From: Candidatus Falkowbacteria bacterium RIFOXYC2_FULL_36_12
GTDB taxonomy: Bacteria > Patescibacteriota > Patescibacteriia > UBA11705
Direction of reading: 5' to 3'
NCBI GenBank assembly: GCA_001778235.1
Contig: MFGJ01000001.1
Span: 5,152 to 69,151 of the forward strand
DNA: 64,000 nucleotides
Shown here: positions 51,826-61,830 of the stretch, piece by piece
How the letters are laid out: every line of letters starts with the position of its first letter
How positions within the stretch are numbered: the first letter of the stretch is position 1
Program-made: the position numbers and the translations under genes
The notes under the pieces: generated by a model
Seen by the model: the letters and a program-made list of their open reading frames with translations, nothing else
What the model was told of the DNA's origin: nothing
The model's database searches: none

Positions 51826-53172
51826 TTATTTTATTTTCCTTACTATTGAATTTTTTGTGTCCAATTCCACTAAATCTCCATCTTTAAATATTTCTGTCGC
51901 CGACTTTGTCCCAACTAAACCTGGTAATTTGAATTCCCGACAGACAATGGCTGCGTGGCAGGTAATACCACCCTCATCAGTAATTACTCCAGCAGCTTTT
52001 TTCAAGGCAGGGAGCAAATTTGGTCTGGTCATTTCCGTGACAATGATTTCGCCGCCTTTCATTTTCTTAATTTTTTCATTATGATTCCCAGCATCTTTAT
52101 ATGACAAAACTAACACCGGCCCGCTGACTTTACCGGAGGATACTGCAAATCCTTTTAATTGATCTCTTGATTTTTCATTCGCTTGGCCTGTTAAAATTTT
52201 CAATTTGTCTTCAGCTTCTTGCCCCCAATAGGTTTTAATTTTCTTTTGCTGATAAATTTTTAAACATCCTGTTAACCTTTTTTTAAGTTCGTCTCGACTT
52301 AGTTTTTTCGCTTTTCCAAAAAGTAGATTCTTTAATTCTGAGTAGAAATACAGCCGGCCATCGTCAGGCATCAAACCTACTCGCTCGTAAATTAAACTCA
52401 ATAGATAATCAAACCAAATCATCCCCGGCATATAAGTTAAGCGAATTTGATATCTTCTAAATTTTATCCGTGTCAAACTATCAATTATTTTTTTTATTTT
52501 TTCATTCGGATTTAATTGATTCATCAAATCAACTTTTTCCCGAATATCATTCTTCCCCTTCTCAAATAATTGCCCTTCATTTAAAAGTTCTTTCCAGTTT
52601 TTTGTTTGCTTCAAAACTTCGGTATATGACTGCGACATGAGCGGAGACGCCTCATTATAAATGAACTTTTTTTCGCTCAACAGCACCGTATCAATCGATT
52701 CGTTAATGTCTGCCACATTTTTGGTCGTTAACCACTCTTTGAGGTCATTTTCCAAAACACAATATTTATACTCATCTATAAAACTATAAACCACTACAAA
52801 CTGATCAAAAATTTCAAAATGTTTTTCAAAACGCAACCAAAGTTCTTGGTGATTCATAATCTCAAAATCAAGGTGCGCCATGTCTTTTATCAACAAAAAA
52901 TAATTGCTGATCGCCTGTTCCACTGCTTTTTCTACCAGCTGAATATTTTTTGCTTTAACAAAATATACCCGACCAAAATTTTCTGCCCGCGCCAATTCTT
53001 CTTCGGGCAAATACCATTCTGCATAATTCTTCTTTTGGTACATGGCTGACTGATTCGTCCCGAAACCAAACCTCTTTTGGCTTTTTTCACCTGTGGCTCT
53101 CAATATATTCCCCAAGTCAGCCAGCAGCAACCCTTCTTCTAACCACACTTTTATCCACTTAAAGTTTTTCAT
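51826..53172 (-). CDS. PEP-utilising enzyme mobile (phospho-His swivel) domain protein with a large N-terminal domain
   Basis: C-terminal IIVTEMTRP...TDEGGITCHAAIVCREFKLPGLVG. Confidence 0.88.
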   Translation of the reverse strand: MKNFKWIKVWLEEGLLLADLGNILRATGEKSQKRFGFGTNQSAMYQKKNYAEWYLPEEELARAENFGRVYFVKAKNIQLVEKAVEQAISNYFLLIKDMAHLDFEIMNHQELWLRFEKHFEIFDQFVVVYSFIDEYKYCVLENDLKEWLTTKNVADINESIDTVLLSEKKFIYNEASPLMSQSYTEVLKQTKNWKELLNEGQLFEKGKNDIREKVDLMNQLNPNEKIKKIIDSLTRIKFRRYQIRLTYMPGMIWFDYLLSLIYERVGLMPDDGRLYFYSELKNLLFGKAKKLSRDELKKRLTGCLKIYQQKKIKTYWGQEAEDKLKILTGQANEKSRDQLKGFAVSSGKVSGPVLVLSYKDAGNHNEKIKKMKGGEIIVTEMTRPNLLPALKKAAGVITDEGGITCHAAIVCREFKLPGLVGTKSATEIFKDGDLVELDTKNSIVRKIK

Positions 53173-54773
53173 TGTTTTTTCAATAATTTTCTAACAACTT
53201 CTCGATCATCCCAAGGAATATATTTTCCGCCGGCAACGGCCATAGCTCTTTCTGAACCTTTGCCCGTGAGTAGGACTAAGTCTCCTGCCTGTGCCAAACT
53301 TAGGGCTCTTTCGATGGCGGAACGGCGGTCAAGAATTTTAAATAGATTTTGATTTTCAATTTTGCCCTTTTCGATAGCTCCGTCAGCAACTTGATTAATA
53401 ATAGTCTGCGGATCTTCATCATAAGGATCTTCATTGGTAACAATTACAATGTCAGCTTTGGATCCAGCCATGTTTCCAAGAATTGGACGGCGAGCTTTGT
53501 CTCGACCTCCGCCACAAGAACCGAGGACATGAATCAATTTTTTATAAGGCAAATCTGAATTTTTAATTTGATCCAAAGTTTCATAAAGTTTTTTCATGGA
53601 ACCTGGCTCTGGAGCATAATCGACCATAATTGAAAAATTTTGGCCTTGATTAATTAGCTCTGTGCGACCTGGAACAACTGGAACAGATTCAAGGGCTGAT
53701 TTAATTTTTGTTATTTCAATTCCTTCTTGTGTAGCAATTGCAATGGCTGGCAGAGAGTTTTCAACATTGAAGGCGCCGATGAGTTGTAAGTTGATAGTTG
53801 TTAGATTATAGTTGAAAGATGTGCCTTTGACTGAAACCTTAATGTCAGAAGCTTTGAAGTCGGCTTGCTTCTTTACGCTGAAGGTATTTTTTTTGTCAGC
53901 TGGGAAATTGAGAAAATATTCAGCGTGTTCATCGTCGATGTTTATAATTGAGATTTTTGGGATTGTTTTATTTTTATCATCATACCCTGAAACAAGTTCA
54001 GGGTGACAAGTGGGAGATCCTGAAACAAGTTCAGGGTGACAAGTGGGAGATCCTGAAACAAGTTCAGGATGACAAGTGTGGTGGGTGTGGAGTGTGCTTT
54101 GGGAAGTAGGTGTTTCAGGATGACAAGTGGGAGATCCTGAAACAAGTTCAGGATGACAAGTGTGGTAGGTGTGGAGTGTGCTTTGGGGAGTAGGTGTTTC
54201 AGGATGACAAGTGGGGTGTTCGGGGTGACAAGTGTGGGACTCTGACTGACAAGCGATAATATCCGAATAATTCTTTTTTGGCATTTTTGTCAGGTGTGAG
54301 AAGAATTTCCCTTTGGCTTTTTTATAATTTTCAAAACCGCCATGTGCCTCTATGTGCTCTGGAGTTAAGTTGGTAAAAACCGCATAATCATAATTTATTG
54401 CAATGTGCCGGTATTGTTCAACTCCTTGAGATGAAGTTTCAATTACAGCATATTTACAACCAGCATCAACCATTTTCTTTAGATATTTCTGAAGTTGAAA
54501 GCGACCGAGCATGGTCATTTTTTTATCATTTAATTTTTCTTCATTTGCTACCTTGAATAAAACTGTAGATAAAGCGCCAACTTTGTCTCCGCCAGCTTCA
54601 AGCGCTTTGGAAATAAGACTAACCGTAGTTGATTTGCCATTGGTGCCGGTAACTCCGATGACGATCATTTTATTGGAAGGATTACCATAAATAAAAGAAC
54701 CAAAAACCGCTAAACTCTTGTAATAAAACTGGAGTAAAAAATTGGGAATTAATTTTTTTATAAGATTTTTCAT
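53169..54773 (-). CDS. murE: UDP-N-acetylmuramyl-tripeptide synthetase (MurE) with an in-frame repeat insertion
   Basis: GVTGTNGKST, ETSSQG, TNLTPEH, GGGRDK and TGKGSE motifs. Confidence 0.9.
   Translation of the reverse strand: MKNLIKKLIPNFLLQFYYKSLAVFGSFIYGNPSNKMIVIGVTGTNGKSTTVSLISKALEAGGDKVGALSTVLFKVANEEKLNDKKMTMLGRFQLQKYLKKMVDAGCKYAVIETSSQGVEQYRHIAINYDYAVFTNLTPEHIEAHGGFENYKKAKGKFFSHLTKMPKKNYSDIIACQSESHTCHPEHPTCHPETPTPQSTLHTYHTCHPELVSGSPTCHPETPTSQSTLHTHHTCHPELVSGSPTCHPELVSGSPTCHPELVSGYDDKNKTIPKISIINIDDEHAEYFLNFPADKKNTFSVKKQADFKASDIKVSVKGTSFNYNLTTINLQLIGAFNVENSLPAIAIATQEGIEITKIKSALESVPVVPGRTELINQGQNFSIMVDYAPEPGSMKKLYETLDQIKNSDLPYKKLIHVLGSCGGGRDKARRPILGNMAGSKADIVIVTNEDPYDEDPQTIINQVADGAIEKGKIENQNLFKILDRRSAIERALSLAQAGDLVLLTGKGSERAMAVAGGKYIPWDDREVVRKLLKKQ
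53982..54254. repeat. In-frame REP-like repeat array in murE (TCHPELVSGSP units)
   Basis: 33-bp units gatcctgaaacaagttcagg(a/g)tgacaagtggga; 273 nt, 91 codons. Confidence 0.9.
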
Positions 54774-54834
54774 ATAATTAAATACTATCATTATTATTGC
54801 AAATTTTCAACCAAAAAACGCTAACATTGTAGCG

Positions 54835-55095
54835 CTAATCAATTATTTCTATTTCCCGTAGTTTACGGATTAAATCTCGCTTGGCATTGTTGACAGGCAT
54901 AAAAAACGATCCAGAACTTATAATTTCCTTTCCATGGTAGTATAGGCATTTGTATTTCCGGGTAGAAACCCATTTTTCTCCATTGTACCAACATTGCTCC
55001 CAGAGTTCAGCGGGGACATTCCCAATCAAGACAAAATCCTCAACTTTGCGAAATCTGGTATTGCCAAAACTGGGTTTACCTCGATTTCTTTCCAT
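54835..55095 (-). CDS. Hypothetical protein
   Basis: AGGAGG SD before MERNRGK. Confidence 0.6.
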   Translation of the reverse strand: MERNRGKPSFGNTRFRKVEDFVLIGNVPAELWEQCWYNGEKWVSTRKYKCLYYHGKEIISSGSFFMPVNNAKRDLIRKLREIEIID

Positions 55096-55277
55096 CTTCG
55101 CCTCCTGTTTTTCCAAGAAACAAAATCAATATAGCAAAAATAATTATCAATGTAAATATAGGCATCTTTGACAAATTTGTTATAATAGAATAGAATTTAT
55201 AATTAAATTCTGTTGTAGATTAGTTGCGAAAAAATCGTATTTACTAATTGATTGAGCCAACAGTAAAAATAACTTTT

Positions 55278-55616
55278 ATGACTGATCGAATGCTACAAAT
55301 AAATGTTTTGCTCCAACGAGCTATTGCGGAAATCATTACTTATGACATTGAATTGCCACAAGAATATTTGGTTACTGTAACAAGAGTAAAAACCGGGGCT
55401 GATCTGCGGGCGGCTACTGCATTTCTAAGTATTTTACCAATGGAACACAGCCGGGAGGCAATGGCTTATATCATCAGAAATAGGAAGCTAATACAAAAAC
55501 AACTTGGAGATAAAGTCCAGCTAAGATTTACTCCAAAAGTTTTATTCAAAGTTGATGTGACCGAACAAAAAGCAGCAGAAATCAATGATATCCTTGATAG
55601 GATCAAGGAAGAATAA
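55278..55616 (+). CDS. rbfA: Ribosome-binding factor A
   Basis: VTVTRV...DLRAAT...LRFTPKVLFKVD. Confidence 0.9.
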   Translation: MTDRMLQINVLLQRAIAEIITYDIELPQEYLVTVTRVKTGADLRAATAFLSILPMEHSREAMAYIIRNRKLIQKQLGDKVQLRFTPKVLFKVDVTEQKAAEINDILDRIKEE

Positions 55617-55618
55617 TT

Positions 55619-56587
55619 ATGAGCAATGGAGAAAAACTATTTTCACTTATAGATCAAAGCAGGAGAATACTGGTAATCGCGCATCGCCGACCTGATGGCG
55701 ACACAACAGGTTCTGCCTGCGCTTTTTTGGATTATCTACTATTGAAAGGAAAAATTGCTCGAGGATTTTGTATTGATATTATCCCAGAAAATCTAGGATT
55801 TCTATTGCCAGAAACTGATATTTTTTTTCATGATGTTTATCAGCTAGACTTAAATAGCTATGATTTAATTATTGCAGTGGATTGCGGGGAACTAAAACAA
55901 ACTGGGATTTCAGAGATTTTGCAAAATAGACCTGTAAAAACCTTGCTTATCAATATTGATCACCATCATACCAATGATTATTTTGGCGACATGAACATTG
56001 TTGAGTCGCAAGCATCTTCGACGGCAGAAATTGTACATAACCTATTTTTACAAACTGGAAAAATTTTATCAAAGAGAGCAATAAACTGCCTGCTGACGGG
56101 CATTTTGACTGATACAACATATTTCTCAAATGCTGCAACAACATCAAGTGCGATAAAATCCGCGTCAACCCTACTCGAACAAGGAGCCAAGATTAATCAA
56201 ATTACACAAAAAATCTGGCAAAATAAAAATCTCGCCAGTTTACAACTCTGGGGTAAAATCTTTGAACGGATTATATTCAACCAAGAAACTAAAACTGCAA
56301 CGGCAATTATTACCAAGGATGATTTAGACACCCCGGGTCTACCAGATGACTCACTTGAAGGAATTAGCAACTATTTAACATCTCTGGCAGATACAAAAAT
56401 TGTTTTGGTACTAATGCAAATTGATGACAATACAATAAAAGGTAGTCTACGAACAACTTATGATGATGTTGATGTTTCAGAAATTGCTCAAAGATATGGT
56501 GGCGGTGGGCACAAGAAAGCTGCTGGGTTTACAACACATGGAAAAATAGTTTTTGATGATATAAGTTGGAAAATTAAAACCACTTAA
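55619..56587 (+). CDS. nrnA: DHH/DHHA1 oligoribonuclease-PAP phosphatase
   Basis: HRRPDGD, NIDHH, GILTDT, SLR and GGGGHKKAAG motifs. Confidence 0.9.
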   Translation: MSNGEKLFSLIDQSRRILVIAHRRPDGDTTGSACAFLDYLLLKGKIARGFCIDIIPENLGFLLPETDIFFHDVYQLDLNSYDLIIAVDCGELKQTGISEILQNRPVKTLLINIDHHHTNDYFGDMNIVESQASSTAEIVHNLFLQTGKILSKRAINCLLTGILTDTTYFSNAATTSSAIKSASTLLEQGAKINQITQKIWQNKNLASLQLWGKIFERIIFNQETKTATAIITKDDLDTPGLPDDSLEGISNYLTSLADTKIVLVLMQIDDNTIKGSLRTTYDDVDVSEIAQRYGGGGHKKAAGFTTHGKIVFDDISWKIKTT

Positions 56588-56663
56588 TAATTTTTTATAA
56601 AACAAAAGAAGGCGTTTAACGGCCTTCTTTTAAATTTGATAGATATGAAATATAGAAAATCTG

Positions 56664-56891
56664 CTATTTGTTTTTTCTGAAAAATTTTATTGTTGTGACA
56701 ATTAATGCAATCAGAAAAATAATTGGGAGTAACCAGTGAACTGAACAATGTAAACGGAATGGAATCAATAATAGGGTTGAAGAATCACCTAATCCGCCAT
56801 GACAGGTTCCGAGTGTATAACCATAAAACCAATTAGCAAGCGACCAAAGAAGCAAAATATACCAAACTATTGTTTTTTTGATGTAACTCAT
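56664..56891 (-). CDS. Small hypothetical membrane protein
   Basis: 75 aa, two TM segments, downstream of gyrA. Confidence 0.55.
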   Translation of the reverse strand: MSYIKKTIVWYILLLWSLANWFYGYTLGTCHGGLGDSSTLLLIPFRLHCSVHWLLPIIFLIALIVTTIKFFRKNK

Positions 56892-56937
56892 AATTCTTTA
56901 CTTATTTATTTACTTAATTCTTTACTTATTTATTTAC

Positions 56938-59475
56938 TTACTCAACTGACTTGCCGACAAGAGTAACGCTAGCGACTTTGTCATCTGGATTCTTGAAACG
57001 CATGATATGGACACCTTGAGTGTCTCGACCAAGGACAGGAACTGATTCAAGTGGAATACGGATAAGCTGACCTTTTTCAGATATTACCATCAAATCCAAG
57101 GCCGAAGCGTCATCTTTATTAATCATAAACCCACGAACTACCTTACCTGTTTTGACAGAAACTTTCTGGGTTCGGATGCCTGAACCACCACGATTTTGGA
57201 CTTTGTAATAGGCTAGCTGGGATCTCTTGCCATAACCTTTTTCAGTAACAACAACGGTTTGTAGTTCTTTTTCAAGTTTTGGTTCAAGTTTAGTCAAAGC
57301 AACAACAAAGTCTTCTGGTTTTAATTTAATGCCTCGAACACCAGCAGCGGTCCTGCCCATTGGACGGACATCTTTTTCCCTAAACCTGATTGACTGACCA
57401 CGACTAGAAACTAGTTGCAATTCATGATTACCATTGGTTGGGTGAACCCATTTTAATCTTTCATCATCTTTTAATTTTATAGCAATCAAGCCTGAACGAC
57501 GAACATTGGTAAAGTCTTCAAGATTTGTTTTCTTGATGGTTCCGCCAGTTGTAGCCATGAATAAAAATTTGGCATCAGCGGTATCGCTATTAAGCGGTAA
57601 AATGGTAGAAACTTTCTCAACTTGTGATAATTGCAAGAAATTTACCAGTGAGCTTCCCTTGGCAGTACGAGAACCGACGGGGACTTCATAGGCTTTCAAT
57701 TGGAAGACTCGTCCTTTGGTGGTGAAGAATAGAAGATCGTCATGAGTCTGGGTTGTAAGTAGTGTGTCAACAATGTCTTCTTCTTTGGTTGTCAAACCAA
57801 TAACACCTTTGCCACCGCGAGCTTGGGTTTTGAAGGTTTCAGGTGGCATTCGTTTAATATAACCATCACGGGTTAAAAATATAATTGTTGGTTCATTTGG
57901 CACAAGATCTTCTTGTTTGAATTCACCGACTTCGCCAGCAACAATTTTTGTTCGGCGCTCATCACCATATTTTTCTTTTAAAGCAGATACTGAATCAGTG
58001 ATAATCTTCAAAATTTTCTTGTCTGAACCAAGGATTTCTTTTAATTCCTTGATTAAACTTTTCTTTTCTTTTAATTCAGCCTCAATACGAAGTCTTTCAA
58101 GGTTGGCTAAATTCTGCAGTCTCATTTCTAGGATTGCAATTGACTGAATTTCAGATAATTTGAATTTTTGCATTAAACTATTTTTGGCCTCTTCCCGATC
58201 TTTTGATTTTTTAATTAACTTTATAACGGCGTCAATATTATCAATGGCAATTTGCAAGCCCTCTAAAATATGAGCCCGGGCTTCGGCCTTTTCCAATTCA
58301 AACTGGGTGCGACGACGAACAACTTCTTTTCTATGTTTTAAATAATATTCTAAAACTTCTTTTAAATTCAAAACTCTTGGCTGAATGCCATCAACCAAAG
58401 CCAGCATATTAACATTGAAGCTGGTTTGCAAAGTTGTTAATTTGAATAAACGGTTGAGAACCTTTTGTGGAAAGGCTTCTTTTTTTAATTCAATAACAAC
58501 ACGAACACCATCTTTGTCAGATTCATCTCTAATATCTCGGATACCTTCGAGTCTTTTTTCTTTGACCAAAGCAGCAATTTTTTCGAGCAAAGTTGCTTTG
58601 TTGACTTGATATGGGACTTCATTGATAATAATCTGAAATCGACCTTCTTTTTCTTCAATAATTTCGGTCTTGGCTCGACAGATAATTCGTCCTTTGCCCG
58701 TAGCATAAGCACTCTTGATATCATTTATATTGTAAATAATTCCACCGGTTGGGAAATCAGGACCTGGAACAAACTTTACCAAATCCTCAATTTCACAATC
58801 AGGATCATTGGCTAAATAAGCAATCGCATCACAGAGTTCGCCTAAATTGTGCGGAGGAATATTGGTAGCCATACCAACGGCAATACCAGAAACACCATTT
58901 AACAAAAGGTTTGGAAGTTCAGCTGGCATAACCTTTGGTTCCTTTTGAGTACCATCATAGTTAGGGACAAAATCAACGGTATTTTTCTCAATATCTCGAA
59001 GTGCTTCTTCGGCAATTGGCTTCATCTTGACTTCAGTATAACGCATAGCAGCTGCGCCATCGCCATCCATAGAACCAAAGTTTCCCTGTCCATTTACCAA
59101 AAGATATCTCATGGTAAAATCTTGGGCCATACGGACCATAGATTCATAAACTGCGCTATCGCCATGAGGATGATATTTACCAAGAACTTCACCGACAACT
59201 GTGGCGGATTTTCGAAACTTGGCAGTAGATTTCAAACCAAGATTCCACATAGCATATAGAATACGGCGGTGAACCGGTTTGAAACCATCACGAACATCAG
59301 GCAAAGCACGCTGGACAATAACGCTCATGGCGTAATCCAGGTAACAATTTTCCATTTCTTCAATCAAACCTTGGTCAATAATTTTTTCTTTTATTATCTC
59401 CGGTTCTAGTGCTTTATTATCCTTCTTGGGTTTAGTTGAACCTGTTGATTTTTCATCTTTTTTCTTCCGTGGCAT
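56938..59475 (-). CDS. gyrA: DNA gyrase subunit A
   Basis: [22 protein letters not shown] and GyrA-box QARGGKG. Confidence 0.97.
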   Translation of the reverse strand: MPRKKKDEKSTGSTKPKKDNKALEPEIIKEKIIDQGLIEEMENCYLDYAMSVIVQRALPDVRDGFKPVHRRILYAMWNLGLKSTAKFRKSATVVGEVLGKYHPHGDSAVYESMVRMAQDFTMRYLLVNGQGNFGSMDGDGAAAMRYTEVKMKPIAEEALRDIEKNTVDFVPNYDGTQKEPKVMPAELPNLLLNGVSGIAVGMATNIPPHNLGELCDAIAYLANDPDCEIEDLVKFVPGPDFPTGGIIYNINDIKSAYATGKGRIICRAKTEIIEEKEGRFQIIINEVPYQVNKATLLEKIAALVKEKRLEGIRDIRDESDKDGVRVVIELKKEAFPQKVLNRLFKLTTLQTSFNVNMLALVDGIQPRVLNLKEVLEYYLKHRKEVVRRRTQFELEKAEARAHILEGLQIAIDNIDAVIKLIKKSKDREEAKNSLMQKFKLSEIQSIAILEMRLQNLANLERLRIEAELKEKKSLIKELKEILGSDKKILKIITDSVSALKEKYGDERRTKIVAGEVGEFKQEDLVPNEPTIIFLTRDGYIKRMPPETFKTQARGGKGVIGLTTKEEDIVDTLLTTQTHDDLLFFTTKGRVFQLKAYEVPVGSRTAKGSSLVNFLQLSQVEKVSTILPLNSDTADAKFLFMATTGGTIKKTNLEDFTNVRRSGLIAIKLKDDERLKWVHPTNGNHELQLVSSRGQSIRFREKDVRPMGRTAAGVRGIKLKPEDFVVALTKLEPKLEKELQTVVVTEKGYGKRSQLAYYKVQNRGGSGIRTQKVSVKTGKVVRGFMINKDDASALDLMVISEKGQLIRIPLESVPVLGRDTQGVHIMRFKNPDDKVASVTLVGKSVE

Positions 59476-59546
59476 AAATTTATCAAATATGTATTTGGCG
59501 AACTAAAATTTTAGCTCAACCATTTTTGAGTTAATGTAAAATATTT

Positions 59547-59852
59547 TTATGGTGTTGGTAGAATATCTTCAGCTTTTATCTGACCATCGAGAGATGCGTC
59601 TGGAATAGTTGAATCCTCTGTAGTAGTCGAATCTTCGGTATTGAAAATAGTACCAAAATCTTTCAAACCCTGCTCCAAGTCCTGAATTGCTTGATCAGTA
59701 GTTTTGTCAGACTCAACCTTGAATTCATTATCAATCTTCTGAAAATTCAAACGGATGAAAAACAGCCAACCAACAAAAATTATAATAAAAACTAAAATTA
59801 TAATTAAAAGCAAACTTTTATCCTTGTTTTTGTTTTTGTTTTCTTGATCCAT
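59547..59852 (-). CDS. Hypothetical single-TM protein
   Basis: One hydrophobic helix; in the operon upstream of gyrA. Confidence 0.65.
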   Translation of the reverse strand: MDQENKNKNKDKSLLLIIILVFIIIFVGWLFFIRLNFQKIDNEFKVESDKTTDQAIQDLEQGLKDFGTIFNTEDSTTTEDSTIPDASLDGQIKAEDILPTP

Positions 59853-59858
59853 AAGTTT

Positions 59859-60518
59859 TTATGATTTTTCTAAAATAACAACTCTAATATTATCTTCGGG
59901 TAAATCTTTTCTGGTGATTTTTAATTTTGTTTCTTTGTCAGCCTTGCCACCCATTTCTTTCAAAAATTTCTTTTCATCGTCAATATCAATAGTTAATCCT
60001 GGAATTTTGTAATGCATTGGGATGACCATTCTTGGTTCAATTTGGCGAACAACTTCGGCAGCTTCAGCTCCATCAATAGTATACTTGCCACCAACAGGAA
60101 TTAGTAAAACATCTATATCGCCAAGAAAATCAATCTGCTCTTCAGTTAATTTTTGACCCAAGTCTCCGAGATGAGCGACGACTATATGATCAATTTCAAT
60201 TTTGAAAATTGTGTTTGATCCCCTTTCGGAGCCATTTTTCTTATCATGAAAAGATGGAATACCATTGATAAAAACTTTTTTTGTTTCATATTCTCCTGGA
60301 CGGTCAATAATAGTCGTAATCTCGTCTTGGTTACCAGTAACCTTCTCGGTATTATTGTGGTCAAAATGATCATGAGAAACAGTAACAACATCTGCTGAAA
60401 TCTTCGGTGGAAACAAACCAGTATCTTTGCCATATGGATCAGTAACAACGATGACTTCTTTGCCGTCTATTTTTTCACTAAGTTTGAAGGATGAATGGCC
60501 AAACCATGAAATATTCAT
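59859..60518 (-). CDS. MBL-fold metallo-hydrolase (Lactamase_B_3-like)
   Basis: WFGHSSF, SHDHFDHN, HLGDLG and IPMHY motifs. Confidence 0.9.
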   Translation of the reverse strand: MNISWFGHSSFKLSEKIDGKEVIVVTDPYGKDTGLFPPKISADVVTVSHDHFDHNNTEKVTGNQDEITTIIDRPGEYETKKVFINGIPSFHDKKNGSERGSNTIFKIEIDHIVVAHLGDLGQKLTEEQIDFLGDIDVLLIPVGGKYTIDGAEAAEVVRQIEPRMVIPMHYKIPGLTIDIDDEKKFLKEMGGKADKETKLKITRKDLPEDNIRVVILEKS

Positions 60519-60709
60519 ATAAAATCTGCCTGTTATGGATAAATAATATGCTTGTATTTTAACAAAGATGTAAATAAATGTAAATAATGGCGGAATAGAC
60601 AAAACAGCGCAGAGCTTAATTTTGGCGGTTGTAATCAATTTTGACGGATAAAGGGTTAAATAAAAAAGCCCAGATACTATCTGAACTCTATAATTTTAGA
60701 TTTAAATTT

Positions 60710-61459
60710 TTAATCAACTTGGTGACGCGATTCAGACTTGACGGTATAATTGACAGATCCAAGCGACAATCCAAGATTGATATCTTGCCACATCTTACGG
60801 GTGTAGGCAACCGTCTCCGTCACCCAAGCATGGAAAACCGGGAGTTCGGAAAATACCGGAGTGACAGGAACACTAAACGGAGCGGTTTGGAAAACATCAC
60901 AGAACCCCTGCAAACGGGAGCGATAGTATTCCTGAATTTGTAAAGGTGTTCTGCCAATGTCCAGCAGATTTTTTACTATCTGATAAGATATATCTACATG
61001 GATCAAATAAGTAAATGCGACCCAGAATTTATGCCCTGATGAAAAATTTACTTCTTTCTGGAAATTGTAACTATTGGACAATGGAAGTCTGATGACATTA
61101 TAGTTCGTAAGCGAGTGAAAATATTTAGTGAGGGCTGAATCTGGCAGTGTCAGATAAAACGAAATATTACGCCTTTTATTGGCAAAATACCATAGATGAT
61201 CACCTGCTGGCGTTTCTTCATTCCCAATTTTAATTTCCGTGATGGTTGAAAGATCATAGCGGTGTAGCTTAAAGATAATGAAAACCTGCCAGGCGACATA
61301 GATAATGATGGGAATCAGTGTCAATATATTATACCAAACAAAAAGGAAAAGCATCAGAAAAAGTAAAACAATAGATTCGAGCAAACGAGCAATCCATCGA
61401 CCCCCAACAGAATAGAACTTAAATTTACTGATGTAATTCAATTTTTCCTGATTTGTCAT
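60710..61459 (-). CDS. Hypothetical membrane protein
   Basis: AAGGAG SD before MTNQEKL; two TM segments. Confidence 0.65.
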   Translation of the reverse strand: MTNQEKLNYISKFKFYSVGGRWIARLLESIVLLFLMLFLFVWYNILTLIPIIIYVAWQVFIIFKLHRYDLSTITEIKIGNEETPAGDHLWYFANKRRNISFYLTLPDSALTKYFHSLTNYNVIRLPLSNSYNFQKEVNFSSGHKFWVAFTYLIHVDISYQIVKNLLDIGRTPLQIQEYYRSRLQGFCDVFQTAPFSVPVTPVFSELPVFHAWVTETVAYTRKMWQDINLGLSLGSVNYTVKSESRHQVD

Positions 61460-61830
61460 GATGAATTCATCTCCTTGTCTGTTTGGCGTTGTTTGTAGGG
61501 AACAATAATAGTTTATTTTATAATTTATTTTAGAATTTGTCAAGTCTAGCTGGTGATGAGTAAAAACATATCACGATTCTACCAATACTTGACATTTAAT
61601 ATAATTCATATTAAACTTAAGTCACTTATTTATAATCTAGCTACAAGCTAGACTTGCCCGAACAAGAATAAAGCGAGGTCAGCGAGTACAGCGAGTAAAG
61701 TTATGACTGTACTTGATCCTCCAGCTTAATCAATAACGGGCGGGTTAATCATTTATTTGGTAAATCCGCTAAAGGCGGAATTTTTATTACTTATTTTAAT
61801 AAAAGCTCTACGGATAGACCAAAAATTTAT

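Noticed and set aside
56891-56938. 24-bp tandem duplication after gyrA
   Set aside because: Low-complexity AT-rich slippage repeat with no further evidence of function.
60641-60943. 100-aa plus-strand ORF
   Set aside because: Antisense to a longer ORF that has an SD and promoter.
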